This document shows positions 9,614 to 18,828 of a stretch of 64,000 nt of DNA, in pieces. The position numbers were made by a program, and so were the translations under genes. How positions within the stretch are numbered: the first letter of the stretch is position 1; each line of letters begins with the position of its first letter. The stretch spans positions 1,674,001 to 1,738,000 of the forward strand of contig VRMN01000002.1 of the NCBI GenBank assembly GCA_008690995.1, written 5' to 3'. Origin of the DNA: Porphyridium purpureum (lineage: Eukaryota). Below the pieces are notes generated by a model, which worked only from the letters and a program-made list of their open reading frames with translations, ran no database searches and had not been told where the DNA came from.

Positions 9614-11926
9614 ATGATGGAATGTTTCTGCGCACCGGCACAACACGCGCACGAGTCGCGCGCAGGCACACATGCGGGCGTAAGCTCGTGGATGCGTGCG
9701 CACGCGCCTGTCCGGAAGAGACGGTGTGTGAGTCGACGTGGCGGTGCGCGGATGAGCGGCAGCAGCGATGTGAGCAGTAGTCCAAAGGGGAACGAAAGTG
9801 AGAACAGCCCGCCGAGCAAAAAGAACGATGGGGCGTTTGACTTAGTGAGACGTGAGGTGATTGCCGCCGCATTGCTGTCGTCCACGTTCACCGTGATCGG
9901 GCTCGCGTCGCAGCGCAACAAGGCATTGCGAAGGTATTCGCTTGCCGGTTTGGTGGCCGCGCTCAACTCGAGACGGATTGCGCCTAACATGAATCTTAAG
10001 ACATTTGCACTTGAAGGGTTGCAGACAGCGCCGCGCGCTGATCTCAGCAAACTGGTGTGGGTGAATGTAGCCGACGCCCCAGACCTCAAGGACCGCGTTG
10101 TCGTCGTGCATATTTTCCGCGCAAGCGATCTCAACGTTCAGGAAACCCTGCGTAGACTAGATAAGTCGCTGCGCGAGACAACTGCGCACTTGCCAGAGGA
10201 CGCGCGGCGCGCTGCTCAGATCATCTCGGTCCACTCGCCCAAGTTTGACTTGGAGTTCGACTCCCGCGTGGTGCAGAAGACCGCAATGCAGCTTCGTCTT
10301 GCGCATCCGTGTGCCTCAGATCCAGGACTCCACCTATGGCAGTCGGTCGGGATCACCGACTGGCCGGCCGTACTGGTTTTATCCCCCAACCTGTTCCGTG
10401 TTCTTTTCACGCTGCAGTCTGATTCTTTATCCAGACTTGGCGAGTGCCTGTCCACTGTATTGGACATATACTCGAACACCAAGCCCACAACGCTGGGGCT
10501 GCCTGTGCGCGTGTCATACCCGGCACTGACTGACTCGGAGTACACGTCTACGGTGCTGTCCTTTCCGGGCAAAGTAGCGGTCGACACAGCGGGCCGCAGA
10601 CTGTTTATCTCGGACTCTGGAAACAACAGGATCGTGGTGACCTCTCTTGACGGGTCGTACCTGACTCAAATTGGCGGCCTCCAGACTCGACTCGGTTTCC
10701 GCAGCAGCGATGTGACACAACAGGGACATCACGGTGGTGGCGCTCCGTCCGGGGGAAACAGCGGGAGCTCGTCAGGTGGCGCCAAGGCAAGCAGTGCCGC
10801 TGGAACTAAGACGGGTAGCGCGTCTGGCAGCACTTCCGTGTCTGGAAGTGCGAGCGGCACCATCGGCGGTGGTCCTGGAGTAACCATCAAGTCGGCGTTG
10901 GGTGGACTGGGCGGGCATCCGGGTTCCCATAGTGACGGGTCAACGAGCGGGGATGCATTCTCAAGAGATGTCTTTATGACCGCGCCCAGCGAATCGGCGG
11001 GATTCGCGGACGGTACCTTTGAGGACGCGAGGTTCCGCTCTCCGCAAGGACTAGCGTACAATAAGAACAAGGACGAACTGATTGTTGTCGATACTGGCAA
11101 TAAGGCACTGCGTGTAATCCGGTTCAAGGACGGCTCGGTGTCGACTGTAGGGCTTGGCTCAAAGGAAAGCAGACCGGGCATGCAGGCGGTATCGAATGGG
11201 TTCGGCGATAGGAGACGCACAGTCGCAAATACGTCGATTCCCTCGTACAGCTCACCGTGGGATATTGCCTACGGGCAAGGTACATACTTTTTGACGAGTC
11301 CTGGCTCAAACCAGGTGTGGATGTTTGATCCTAATACTGGGGACATCCGGCAATTAAGTGGCCGGCCGCTCGGGCCAGGTCTTGCAGACACGGAAAATGA
11401 CCTTACGGCAGCGCGCTTTGCTATGCCGACGGGCATCTGTGTCACCAAGACGCATGTTTTCACAGTAGACTGCGACTCGAGCACGTTGCGCCAAATCGAT
11501 GTGCGCTCACAAACCGTCTCGACCAAAGTAGGTGGGGACGTCCTCTTTCCGTGGAATTTGAGCGCATTTGGAGATAGGGATGGTTTCGGGCCCAGCGTGC
11601 GGCTGCAATACCCTCTAGGCATTGCTGTGATCGATGACGATCGATTATGCATTGCAGACACGTACAACAACAAGATCAAGTTGATCATGCCGAAAGACAG
11701 TGAGTGTCGCGTGCTTGCTGGTCAAGGCCCACGCGGTAACAGGGACGGGGCGAAGGAGATGGCGCGTTTTGATTGCCCCAGCGGCGTCGCGTACGATACA
11801 AAAATGCAGCGGTTGTACGTCGCCGATCGCGGTAATCACGCTATTCGAGTTGTAGATGTAGCAACAGGCAGCGTTTCTACGCTGCGGTTTTCCAACTTTC
11901 CATTACCCGATGAGCGATTGCGATGA
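9614..11926 (+). CDS. SOQ1/NHLRC2-like thioredoxin-fold plus NHL-repeat protein, lacking the HAD domain and the redox cysteines
   Basis: SVHSPKFDLE, FPGKVAVD...LFISDSGNNRI, FRSPQGL, SPWD, LQYPLG, IADTYNNKIK; RR-containing TM segment before the Trx fold. Confidence 0.88.
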   Translation: MMECFCAPAQHAHESRAGTHAGVSSWMRAHAPVRKRRCVSRRGGARMSGSSDVSSSPKGNESENSPPSKKNDGAFDLVRREVIAAALLSSTFTVIGLASQRNKALRRYSLAGLVAALNSRRIAPNMNLKTFALEGLQTAPRADLSKLVWVNVADAPDLKDRVVVVHIFRASDLNVQETLRRLDKSLRETTAHLPEDARRAAQIISVHSPKFDLEFDSRVVQKTAMQLRLAHPCASDPGLHLWQSVGITDWPAVLVLSPNLFRVLFTLQSDSLSRLGECLSTVLDIYSNTKPTTLGLPVRVSYPALTDSEYTSTVLSFPGKVAVDTAGRRLFISDSGNNRIVVTSLDGSYLTQIGGLQTRLGFRSSDVTQQGHHGGGAPSGGNSGSSSGGAKASSAAGTKTGSASGSTSVSGSASGTIGGGPGVTIKSALGGLGGHPGSHSDGSTSGDAFSRDVFMTAPSESAGFADGTFEDARFRSPQGLAYNKNKDELIVVDTGNKALRVIRFKDGSVSTVGLGSKESRPGMQAVSNGFGDRRRTVANTSIPSYSSPWDIAYGQGTYFLTSPGSNQVWMFDPNTGDIRQLSGRPLGPGLADTENDLTAARFAMPTGICVTKTHVFTVDCDSSTLRQIDVRSQTVSTKVGGDVLFPWNLSAFGDRDGFGPSVRLQYPLGIAVIDDDRLCIADTYNNKIKLIMPKDSECRVLAGQGPRGNRDGAKEMARFDCPSGVAYDTKMQRLYVADRGNHAIRVVDVATGSVSTLRFSNFPLPDERLR

Positions 11927-11986
11927 GCTCGAAGAATTAACAAACCCAGGCTTACTTATCTTGACAGACGAGGAGGTGTGAATCAT

Positions 11987-13309
11987 TTATTTCCTCCACC
12001 ACGGTGCAAGGCCCGATGCGATTTCCCGTGGCTGATTTTTCAAGTCATTAAAGTGAAATACGCTTGCGCACAGACTCACACGGTTCGGCTCGGGTCCGAA
12101 CATGTCAAGGTTATCGTCTTCGGGTACGCCGCGATGCACTCTGCCAGACACTGGGCGGTACCTTGAATCTCCGAACAAGGGCAAGCCGAGCGAAGCAAAT
12201 TGCAGTCGAAGCTGATGCGTTCTTCCAGTAAGCAGCTCCACTTCGTACTCTGTGTAACGTACATCGATGCCCGCATGATCGGCCTGCATTGTTACTACCT
12301 CACTAAGCTCGGCACGATTCATTTCGCGCTCTGTCAGAATGCGCATGGCTGCCACGTGCCAAGCACCTCCAATTTTAGGCGCTTCCAGAGGCGTTGAATA
12401 CGATTCATCTTGCAGCAGTGCGGCGTCCAAGTCTTTCTCAAGGTCTAGCAGCCTGTATATGCGTGGTTTGGGAATGTTATCCGGAAGATTGGTCCTGGCA
12501 GCATGCAGAACGCGGCCGTCCTTTTGGATTATCTCACGAGGAATGGGACCTGGCACGAGCAACGTGTACCGCTTTTTGACGGATCTATTCCGAATCTGCT
12601 CGTTTAAATGTGCGGCGGCACGCTTGTGTCGCGCAAACACGAGTACACCGCTCGTGCAAACATCCAACCGCGACACGGCATGGAGCGGCGCGGGACATTC
12701 GAGTGCGCACTCCACTTGTGTGCGCGCACACTCCACTACATTGACCAAAGTAGGGACGGACGGCAGGTTCGGCGGCTTGTCGACTGCAACAAAGTCGTTG
12801 TCACCATTGTAGACAATACGGTCCTTCCACACGTACGCGTGAGCGTCTGGGTAACGAGCGGGATTCGCGTGCAGCCTGAAGTACATTCCTTTCTTTGACT
12901 GAGCATCCAGCATGCTGCTCACGTCTGCAGGCAAAATGCGCTGCACCCTGCTCAAGTTCGGAGTGCTTGGGCTGCGGCTACTTCCTCGCTTCCCGCCCGA
13001 AATCACGCTGGCCATGTACACAGCTCCAATCCTGATCAGATCTTCCACGAGTTCCGGCGCCAATTTTGTTTCACGCGCCAGGACGTGCTGGACAGAGACA
13101 CCCCTGTATGGCTGCTCGACGACGACATGAAACACCACTGGCGGGAGCGGCGTGGACGGCGGCTGTTTCCCGACGCGCGGATGAACTTTCATCAGCGCAG
13201 GATTTGCCGCGGCGCCGCGAATTTCGCAGCGCATGTTGAGCGCATTTCGAGATCTCCAGTGAGACGCCCGGCTCGCGCGCAAGTCCGCACCGAATACCCA
13301 GCTCAACAT
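11987..13309 (-). CDS. RluA-family RNA pseudouridine synthase, probably organellar
   Basis: VDKPPNLP, SRLDVCTSG (catalytic Asp), TGRTHQLRLQF, PLFGDSRY motifs; first ATG 13309. Confidence 0.9.
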   Translation of the reverse strand: MLSWVFGADLRASRASHWRSRNALNMRCEIRGAAANPALMKVHPRVGKQPPSTPLPPVVFHVVVEQPYRGVSVQHVLARETKLAPELVEDLIRIGAVYMASVISGGKRGSSRSPSTPNLSRVQRILPADVSSMLDAQSKKGMYFRLHANPARYPDAHAYVWKDRIVYNGDNDFVAVDKPPNLPSVPTLVNVVECARTQVECALECPAPLHAVSRLDVCTSGVLVFARHKRAAAHLNEQIRNRSVKKRYTLLVPGPIPREIIQKDGRVLHAARTNLPDNIPKPRIYRLLDLEKDLDAALLQDESYSTPLEAPKIGGAWHVAAMRILTEREMNRAELSEVVTMQADHAGIDVRYTEYEVELLTGRTHQLRLQFASLGLPLFGDSRYRPVSGRVHRGVPEDDNLDMFGPEPNRVSLCASVFHFNDLKNQPREIASGLAPWWRK

Positions 13310-15162
13310 CGGCGCCGCCCTCAACGCGCGTCGCGTCTTGCCTTCTCTCTCTCGCCCAAACACGCGCGCCGTTTCTACGCGTTGCGGTACAGTGGACGAT
13401 CGATTCACTGTACTTTGACACGATGTTCAGTGATCACTGTACACGAGGGGGAATGAACTTTTTTGGAGCCGAGTCAGATGCTGATCGGACCGACCACTGG
13501 GTGTCTGACAAAGTGTGGTTCTCGTGTTGAGTCGGCTGCGTTGCGGCTTTGGAAATTCAACGCCAGCGAAAAGGCGACACCAAGCACGATCACCATCACT
13601 ACCACCACCAACAACCACCGCCCGCCAGAATGGCGCAACACGCGGGGCAAATTCGGATGAGGGCACCATGGGATACGTGACATCTCACTCCGCCTGGCCG
13701 CGGCAAGCGGCGTGTGTCCGAACTGCGTCCTTGTCCGCTCGTGTTCTCAGATGTCATGGATACGGTGCACAATCAGCTTGATGACGGAACGAAGACGTAC
13801 GAGAGCCAGAGGTGGATGGATGGATGGATTCTGTACGGGCCGACGGTCGACCACTATCCTTGTCAGGTTTTGAATGATTCATCAGCGGGCGTGAGTACAG
13901 GGTAACTCTGCGCGCGCTTGCGCGGCACCGGCCGCCTACGTATAAAGCTGCAGAAGGCTTTTGGCCCAACTGCGCTCAACGACGCTCGCGTGGTCTTTGC
14001 CGGACACGTGTCTCGGCTGACTCGACGCCGACTAGCGCCCCCCCTTCACCGCGCACACGGGTATGCTTCCGTGGACTTTAAGCAACAATATTTTTCCGGG
14101 TCGGCGTGAACGTGGGACGTGCGGTGGATTGTCCCTTTGAATTCATTCCAGCTGGACGGGGTCCGAGGCAGCTGGCAACTCAAACGCTGGCGCGATGAGA
14201 AGACTGACAAGATTCTACGTGCGAGCTGTCTGTAGTAGGAGCGAGCCTGGTTTAGTGCTGCATTGAGCCAACTCCGCGTTGGACGTATCATTCCTTGTTA
14301 GGACACACGTGTGAAGTTTGCCTTTAGGCTACGCTTCGTCGTCGGGAACGCCTTCCCCTCACCTTCATTGCTCGCGGAGGGGTATAAGTACGATCCAAGC
14401 AGGGCGGGACACCAAAGGCCAGAGTCGTTTATCTTACTTTCCATTCGTGGAGACGTGCTCCGCATCGAGTGACCATCGCATAAGCGACTCCCAATATGCT
14501 TCAGACAATAGCGCAGCGAGGGCAGGGACGAAGCCAAGTCGCGGCAGACAGCAAAACTCGGATCTCGTGCGACTCAGGGGTTGAGAGCAAAGCGCGGATT
14601 CCGGATGGCGCGACTTCAGTACTCGAGATCTCGACAACGTCACGGCGAAACACGGTAAGGTGCCTCATTGCGCAGCAAATGCGCGAGCTGACCGCGTTTC
14701 TATTTGAAGGTGATGTTGTGGCGAATACCCAATTGAACCGCTCTCGCGTATCGGTGGCCGACGTGCTGCAAATGCAGAACGACGGAATTTCTTTGGCGAT
14801 TGTATTTAGTTCAGCCTCGTCGTCTGGGTCGTTGGACTCCCTTCTTTCTGACTGTTCTTCGACGGCGAGCCGAAAGCGCACGAGACCGAAAAGCGTGGGC
14901 TTCGTCGGGATGAAAGGAAACGTCGCGAGTGAGACTTCCGTTGTTCTAAAGCGCAAAGACAAGCACTTGGCGCCCGAGTTTCAAATAGAGCAGATTTGAG
15001 TACACAAGATGCAGCAAAGTGTGCTCGTTGTAAATAAATATATTCCTGCGCAAGCGCGCTTCGGGCCCTCTGTTTGGTCGGTGGAGTACTCTCTTTATTG
15101 AAAATTTGAACTCGGAAGACGTCTCGGTCTCCAGAGGAAAGGTAAGCGCAGTCGCCGCGAGG

Positions 15163-15836
15163 TCAACTAGTCATCACTGGAGACTTTAGGATGCTATCTA
15201 GCATGTCGAGAAGGTCTTCCACTTCGCTCAGCGCTGTGTACCTGTTCTTTGACGTCAGCGCCTTGTCCAGGCCTTCGATGCGCTTTTTCAATTGATCCGG
15301 CATTTTCTTCGCCTTATCCGGGACCTCCCCGGTCGTCCTGGAAAGAACATTGCTGATATATCCGGGCACAGGTGTGATCCAAACGGCCATGTAGCGCTTT
15401 GCATATGCACATTCTTCGTCCTCCATAGCCTTCACAAGTTTCGGACCAGGCGGGCCCTTGATCAGCTTTTCGAGCTCTTTGGCCTTTGGTAGCGCCTCTT
15501 GCACGCGTGCGATCATAGCCCTGCGGTTGGGATCTTTCATGGGCGCCATGAACTTGTCAAAATTGCGTTGCATCTGCCGCACCTCATTCATCGGCTTCTG
15601 CAACTGAAAGTTCTTCTCCAGGTTCAGATCCAACGGCTTGGGCGCCTTCAGATCGGTTGGTAGGGTCGGTACCCACACCTGGACCTTGTCAGGGATGGCA
15701 GGTGGCGGCGGGAGATACAGCGCTCCGGCCTGCTGTTGGTTGGCGGCCAACGGCGTCACCAATCCCGCCAACACCAGGGCGCTCCTGAGCACGTCTCTTC
15801 TGCCGACGCCCTCCTCAGTACGCTGCTGCGGTGGCA

Positions 15837-15867
<31 letters not shown>

Positions 15868-16053
15868 ATGCGGCGGCAGCTGCGGCTGCGGCTGCTCTGA
15901 TTCCGTCTCGTTCTGACAGAAATTCAGCACGGCCGGCCTCGAGCCGCAGCTGGAGCGCTTGCGTTGCTTCACACTCATGCGCGCTGGTGACGACGTCGGC
16001 GAGGCTCCCACGAAGCCCAGCGAGCGCCGCGCGCCTTCCGAACCCTCTGCCAT
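15163..16053 (-). CDS. Putative thylakoid-lumen protein (transit peptide plus Tat signal), helical-bundle domain, possibly PsbQ-like; paralogue of the 16872-17543 gene
   Basis: GRRDVLRSALVLAGLVTPLAANQQQAGA Tat signal ending in AxA; Pro-rich mature N-terminus; helical C-domain similar to the neighbour. Confidence 0.75.
15838..15868 (-). repeat. (CAG)n repeat encoding poly-Gln in the targeting region
   Basis: ctgctgctg... run on + strand. Confidence 0.9.
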
Positions 16054-16871
16054 CTCCCGTGCGCTGCGCGTGCGGTTCACTGGCTGCTGCCGCTGCAGCT
16101 CTGTGTTCCGTCGCTACCCCTCCTGTCTCCTTCTACCGCCACCACCCACACTACGCGCAGAGCAGCTATCGCACGAAATACTCGGAGACTGTCTCTATAT
16201 TCTCAGCGCCTTACTCGGCCACACGTCCACATCCACACCCCCTGCTCGCAACTTCCATTCATGTCCATCACCACCATCGCCGCACACACCCCCCGCATTC
16301 GTGCCTGTGTGAGTCCGGATGGCCCGCACGCCTGCTTCTCGCTGCACTCAGCCGCGGAGATGGATTACTAGCAAATCGGCCTGATTTACAAGACCCCCAT
16401 GTGCATGCCGACGTTACACGGGAGATTGATGGCGCGGGCGCCCGTTTCAAGTCTGCGTTCTAGGGGTTCCATCGGTCGCGCCTTTGGTGCACTTTGCAAG
16501 GCGGCTGAGCGAGTTGTGCGTGCGTGGATGCACGTACAGCGCGCGCGTACACTACGCCAAAGGCACAGCCAACCGTTTCGAGTGGCGGTGTCGCGCGCGT
16601 GCCCGCGCACAGCGCACGACGATGAACTGAGGCGGCATGTGGCGTCATCCGATGCGTACCTGCCCGCCACACGCGCGCGGACGGTGGTCCATGTGCTCCG
16701 CGCGTGCCACTTGAAGGGCCGTGAGTGTCGCAAAGATGCCGGATCCCACGGAACCTCCTTGAAAATAGTACACAGGTGGGAAACATCGAACTAAAGGAAG
16801 ATGGTTTTCTTAGGTATGGATATCCAAATACAAGTGAGCGCGCACTTCTACAGAACACGGCTGTATCTTGA

Positions 16872-17543
16872 TCAGAGCGATTTCCACACCGGCGCATTCA
16901 GGAACTCCTCCGCCGTTTCAATCACTTCCTGCACTTCGCGCAAAGACGCCGTGCGGTCCTTGCCGCGCAGCGCTTGCGTCAGCTCCGCGTAGTGGCCCTT
17001 CATCGCCAGGGCAAGCGTGTTCACGCGCTCAGGCACGGGAACTTTGGAGGTCTTCAATGCGCCGAGCTGCTCAACGGCCAGACTCATCTGACCGGCCAAG
17101 GGGGAGAGGTAGATCGCCGCGTAGCGCTTCAGCATCAACGCCGTGTCCTCGTCGAGGCTCTCGCTGCTCTTGAGCATCGTCTCAAATTGCCTCACTTTCG
17201 GCATGTACGCCTTGACCGCGTCGACCTTGTCCAGCACCCACTTGTTCTCCGTGCTGGTGTATTTCTTAAAGTCAGGGTACTTATTTTCCTTGGCCGCTTC
17301 GCTGCTCTGCGGGATCCCAAGCAAACCTGCGAGCCCAGCTACACCGAGCACTTGCAGTAGCACGTCCCGCCGCGTCGCGACAAATCGCTGCTCCCGCTCG
17401 AGATGCGGCAGCTGAAGTTGCTGATGCTGCTGCTCGCCAGTAGTCATCACAACCGCCGCGCGCGACGAGCACGTCGCGCGCTTTGGCTGCGCCAGACCGC
17501 ACGCGCGCCCTTGCACGCCGCCAGATGAGACCACGAACGCCAT
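16872..17543 (-). CDS. Putative thylakoid-lumen protein (MAFV transit peptide plus Tat signal), helical-bundle domain, possibly PsbQ-like
   Basis: MAFVVSS...TRRDVLLQVLGVAGLAGLLGIPQSSEA then AKENK; helical mature domain. Confidence 0.8.
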   Translation of the reverse strand: MAFVVSSGGVQGRACGLAQPKRATCSSRAAVVMTTGEQQHQQLQLPHLEREQRFVATRRDVLLQVLGVAGLAGLLGIPQSSEAAKENKYPDFKKYTSTENKWVLDKVDAVKAYMPKVRQFETMLKSSESLDEDTALMLKRYAAIYLSPLAGQMSLAVEQLGALKTSKVPVPERVNTLALAMKGHYAELTQALRGKDRTASLREVQEVIETAEEFLNAPVWKSL

Positions 17544-17823
17544 CCTACCTCTTATGCGAGCGCCGCTGCCGCGTCTGTGCCGTTCTTCCCGATCGCTCGT
17601 TCTCCTGCTGCGCCCAGCCAGATAACCGGACGACTCGGTTCTCAGAGATCGCTCGACAACCGCCCGTCTCATGTGGGACGCGCTGTACCGCTATTTACAT
17701 AGAAAAGAAACACATTCTAGATAGTGTACAGTTCGGTGCACCTCCGAGAGGATGTTTTGCAAGCTGCATTAGGGTTTGGCCATGGCGCACCGGCTGGTCC
17801 GAGATTTCGCCGTCTGCGCGCGC

Positions 17824-18386
17824 TCAGGTCTTGAACGGGTTGCTGATCTCCTCCATGCCGTCTGCGGAAATGATGCTCATCACGGACGTGCCGCGCGCGA
17901 CAATGAGCCCGAGCGGGCGGCTGAGACCGGATTCCTTGTACGGATCCGACGGATCTGTGCCCCACGACGCCGGCGAATCGAAAGGAACAAAATTCACAAA
18001 GAGAACAAACACAGAAACAAACCAAGTCGAGAAGCATATCGAGTTTTGGGAAAGGAGGCCATTTCACGAGTCAGACACAATCCTCATGTCGCAGCGCTTG
18101 TAAATGATCGGGAAAGACGACGATGACGTGCCACCACGCGCGATTTGGTAACACTATCCTCGTTTTCGCATTCTTCAGCAGTTCCGCAAGCTCGGTCTCA
18201 CGTACCTCTCATATACTCTACAGTCTCGTCCAACACCAAATTGACCAGCTGGTCGTAGCCCTTGAGCGTTCCGGCCACCTGCCGTCCGCCGACCAGCTTC
18301 ACATGCACCCGCTTATCCATGTGCCGCGATAAGTCTAGCGCTTGCCCGCGACCCGACCCTCCCGTCGCTGCACCGGCTGCTTTCAT
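17824..18386 (-). CDS. LSM7: U6 snRNA-associated Sm-like protein LSm7; exons 18386-18206 and 17954-17824
   Basis: LDLSRHMDKRVHVKLVGGRQVAGTLKGYDQLVNLVLDETVEYMR joined to DPSDPYK...RPLGLIVARGTSVMSI..DGMEEISNPF across a phase-1 GT..AG intron. Confidence 0.93.
17955..18205 (-). other. Spliceosomal intron of LSM7 (251 nt)
   Basis: G/GTACGT donor, long U-rich tract, CACAG/ acceptor; splicing restores the conserved YMRDP sequence. Confidence 0.9.
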
Positions 18387-18828
18387 CCTTGAGCTCTTCT
18401 CCTCAACACCGCCGCCGCCACCACCGCCGCCTACCCGCTCCAAGTCAAGCAAAGGTCCTTCTTCTGCTCGCCCTCTTCCCGCTCGCTCGCACAACAGCCG
18501 CCAGTTCAAACCACACTGTACTCCACACTGTACTCCACACTGTACCTCAATTCACGGACACGCGCCACACGTAAACGAAGCGGGTCGGAAGAGGGCGCAA
18601 GATGCAAGTGGGGACGTGATCGGGCTGGGTCTGTCTCCGGGAGACGACGGGCGATGCAGGATGGCTGGGGGTAGAGAGGCGGCGCGGACAGGGCGGCTCG
18701 ATATGGCTATGCCCCCGCCTGACGATCAGTGGCTGCAAAAAGAGCATGGGTCACCCGCGATCATGCATACACGTTGCGAGGGCTCGAAGCGACCGCAAAA
18801 AGCGCACACAGCGGAATGCCATCGGAAC

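Noticed and set aside
18262..18828. 5' extension of the 838-aa FG-GAP ORF
   Set aside because: Starts at TTG, overlaps LSM7 antisense and is low-complexity; a downstream ATG before the hydrophobic segment is more plausible
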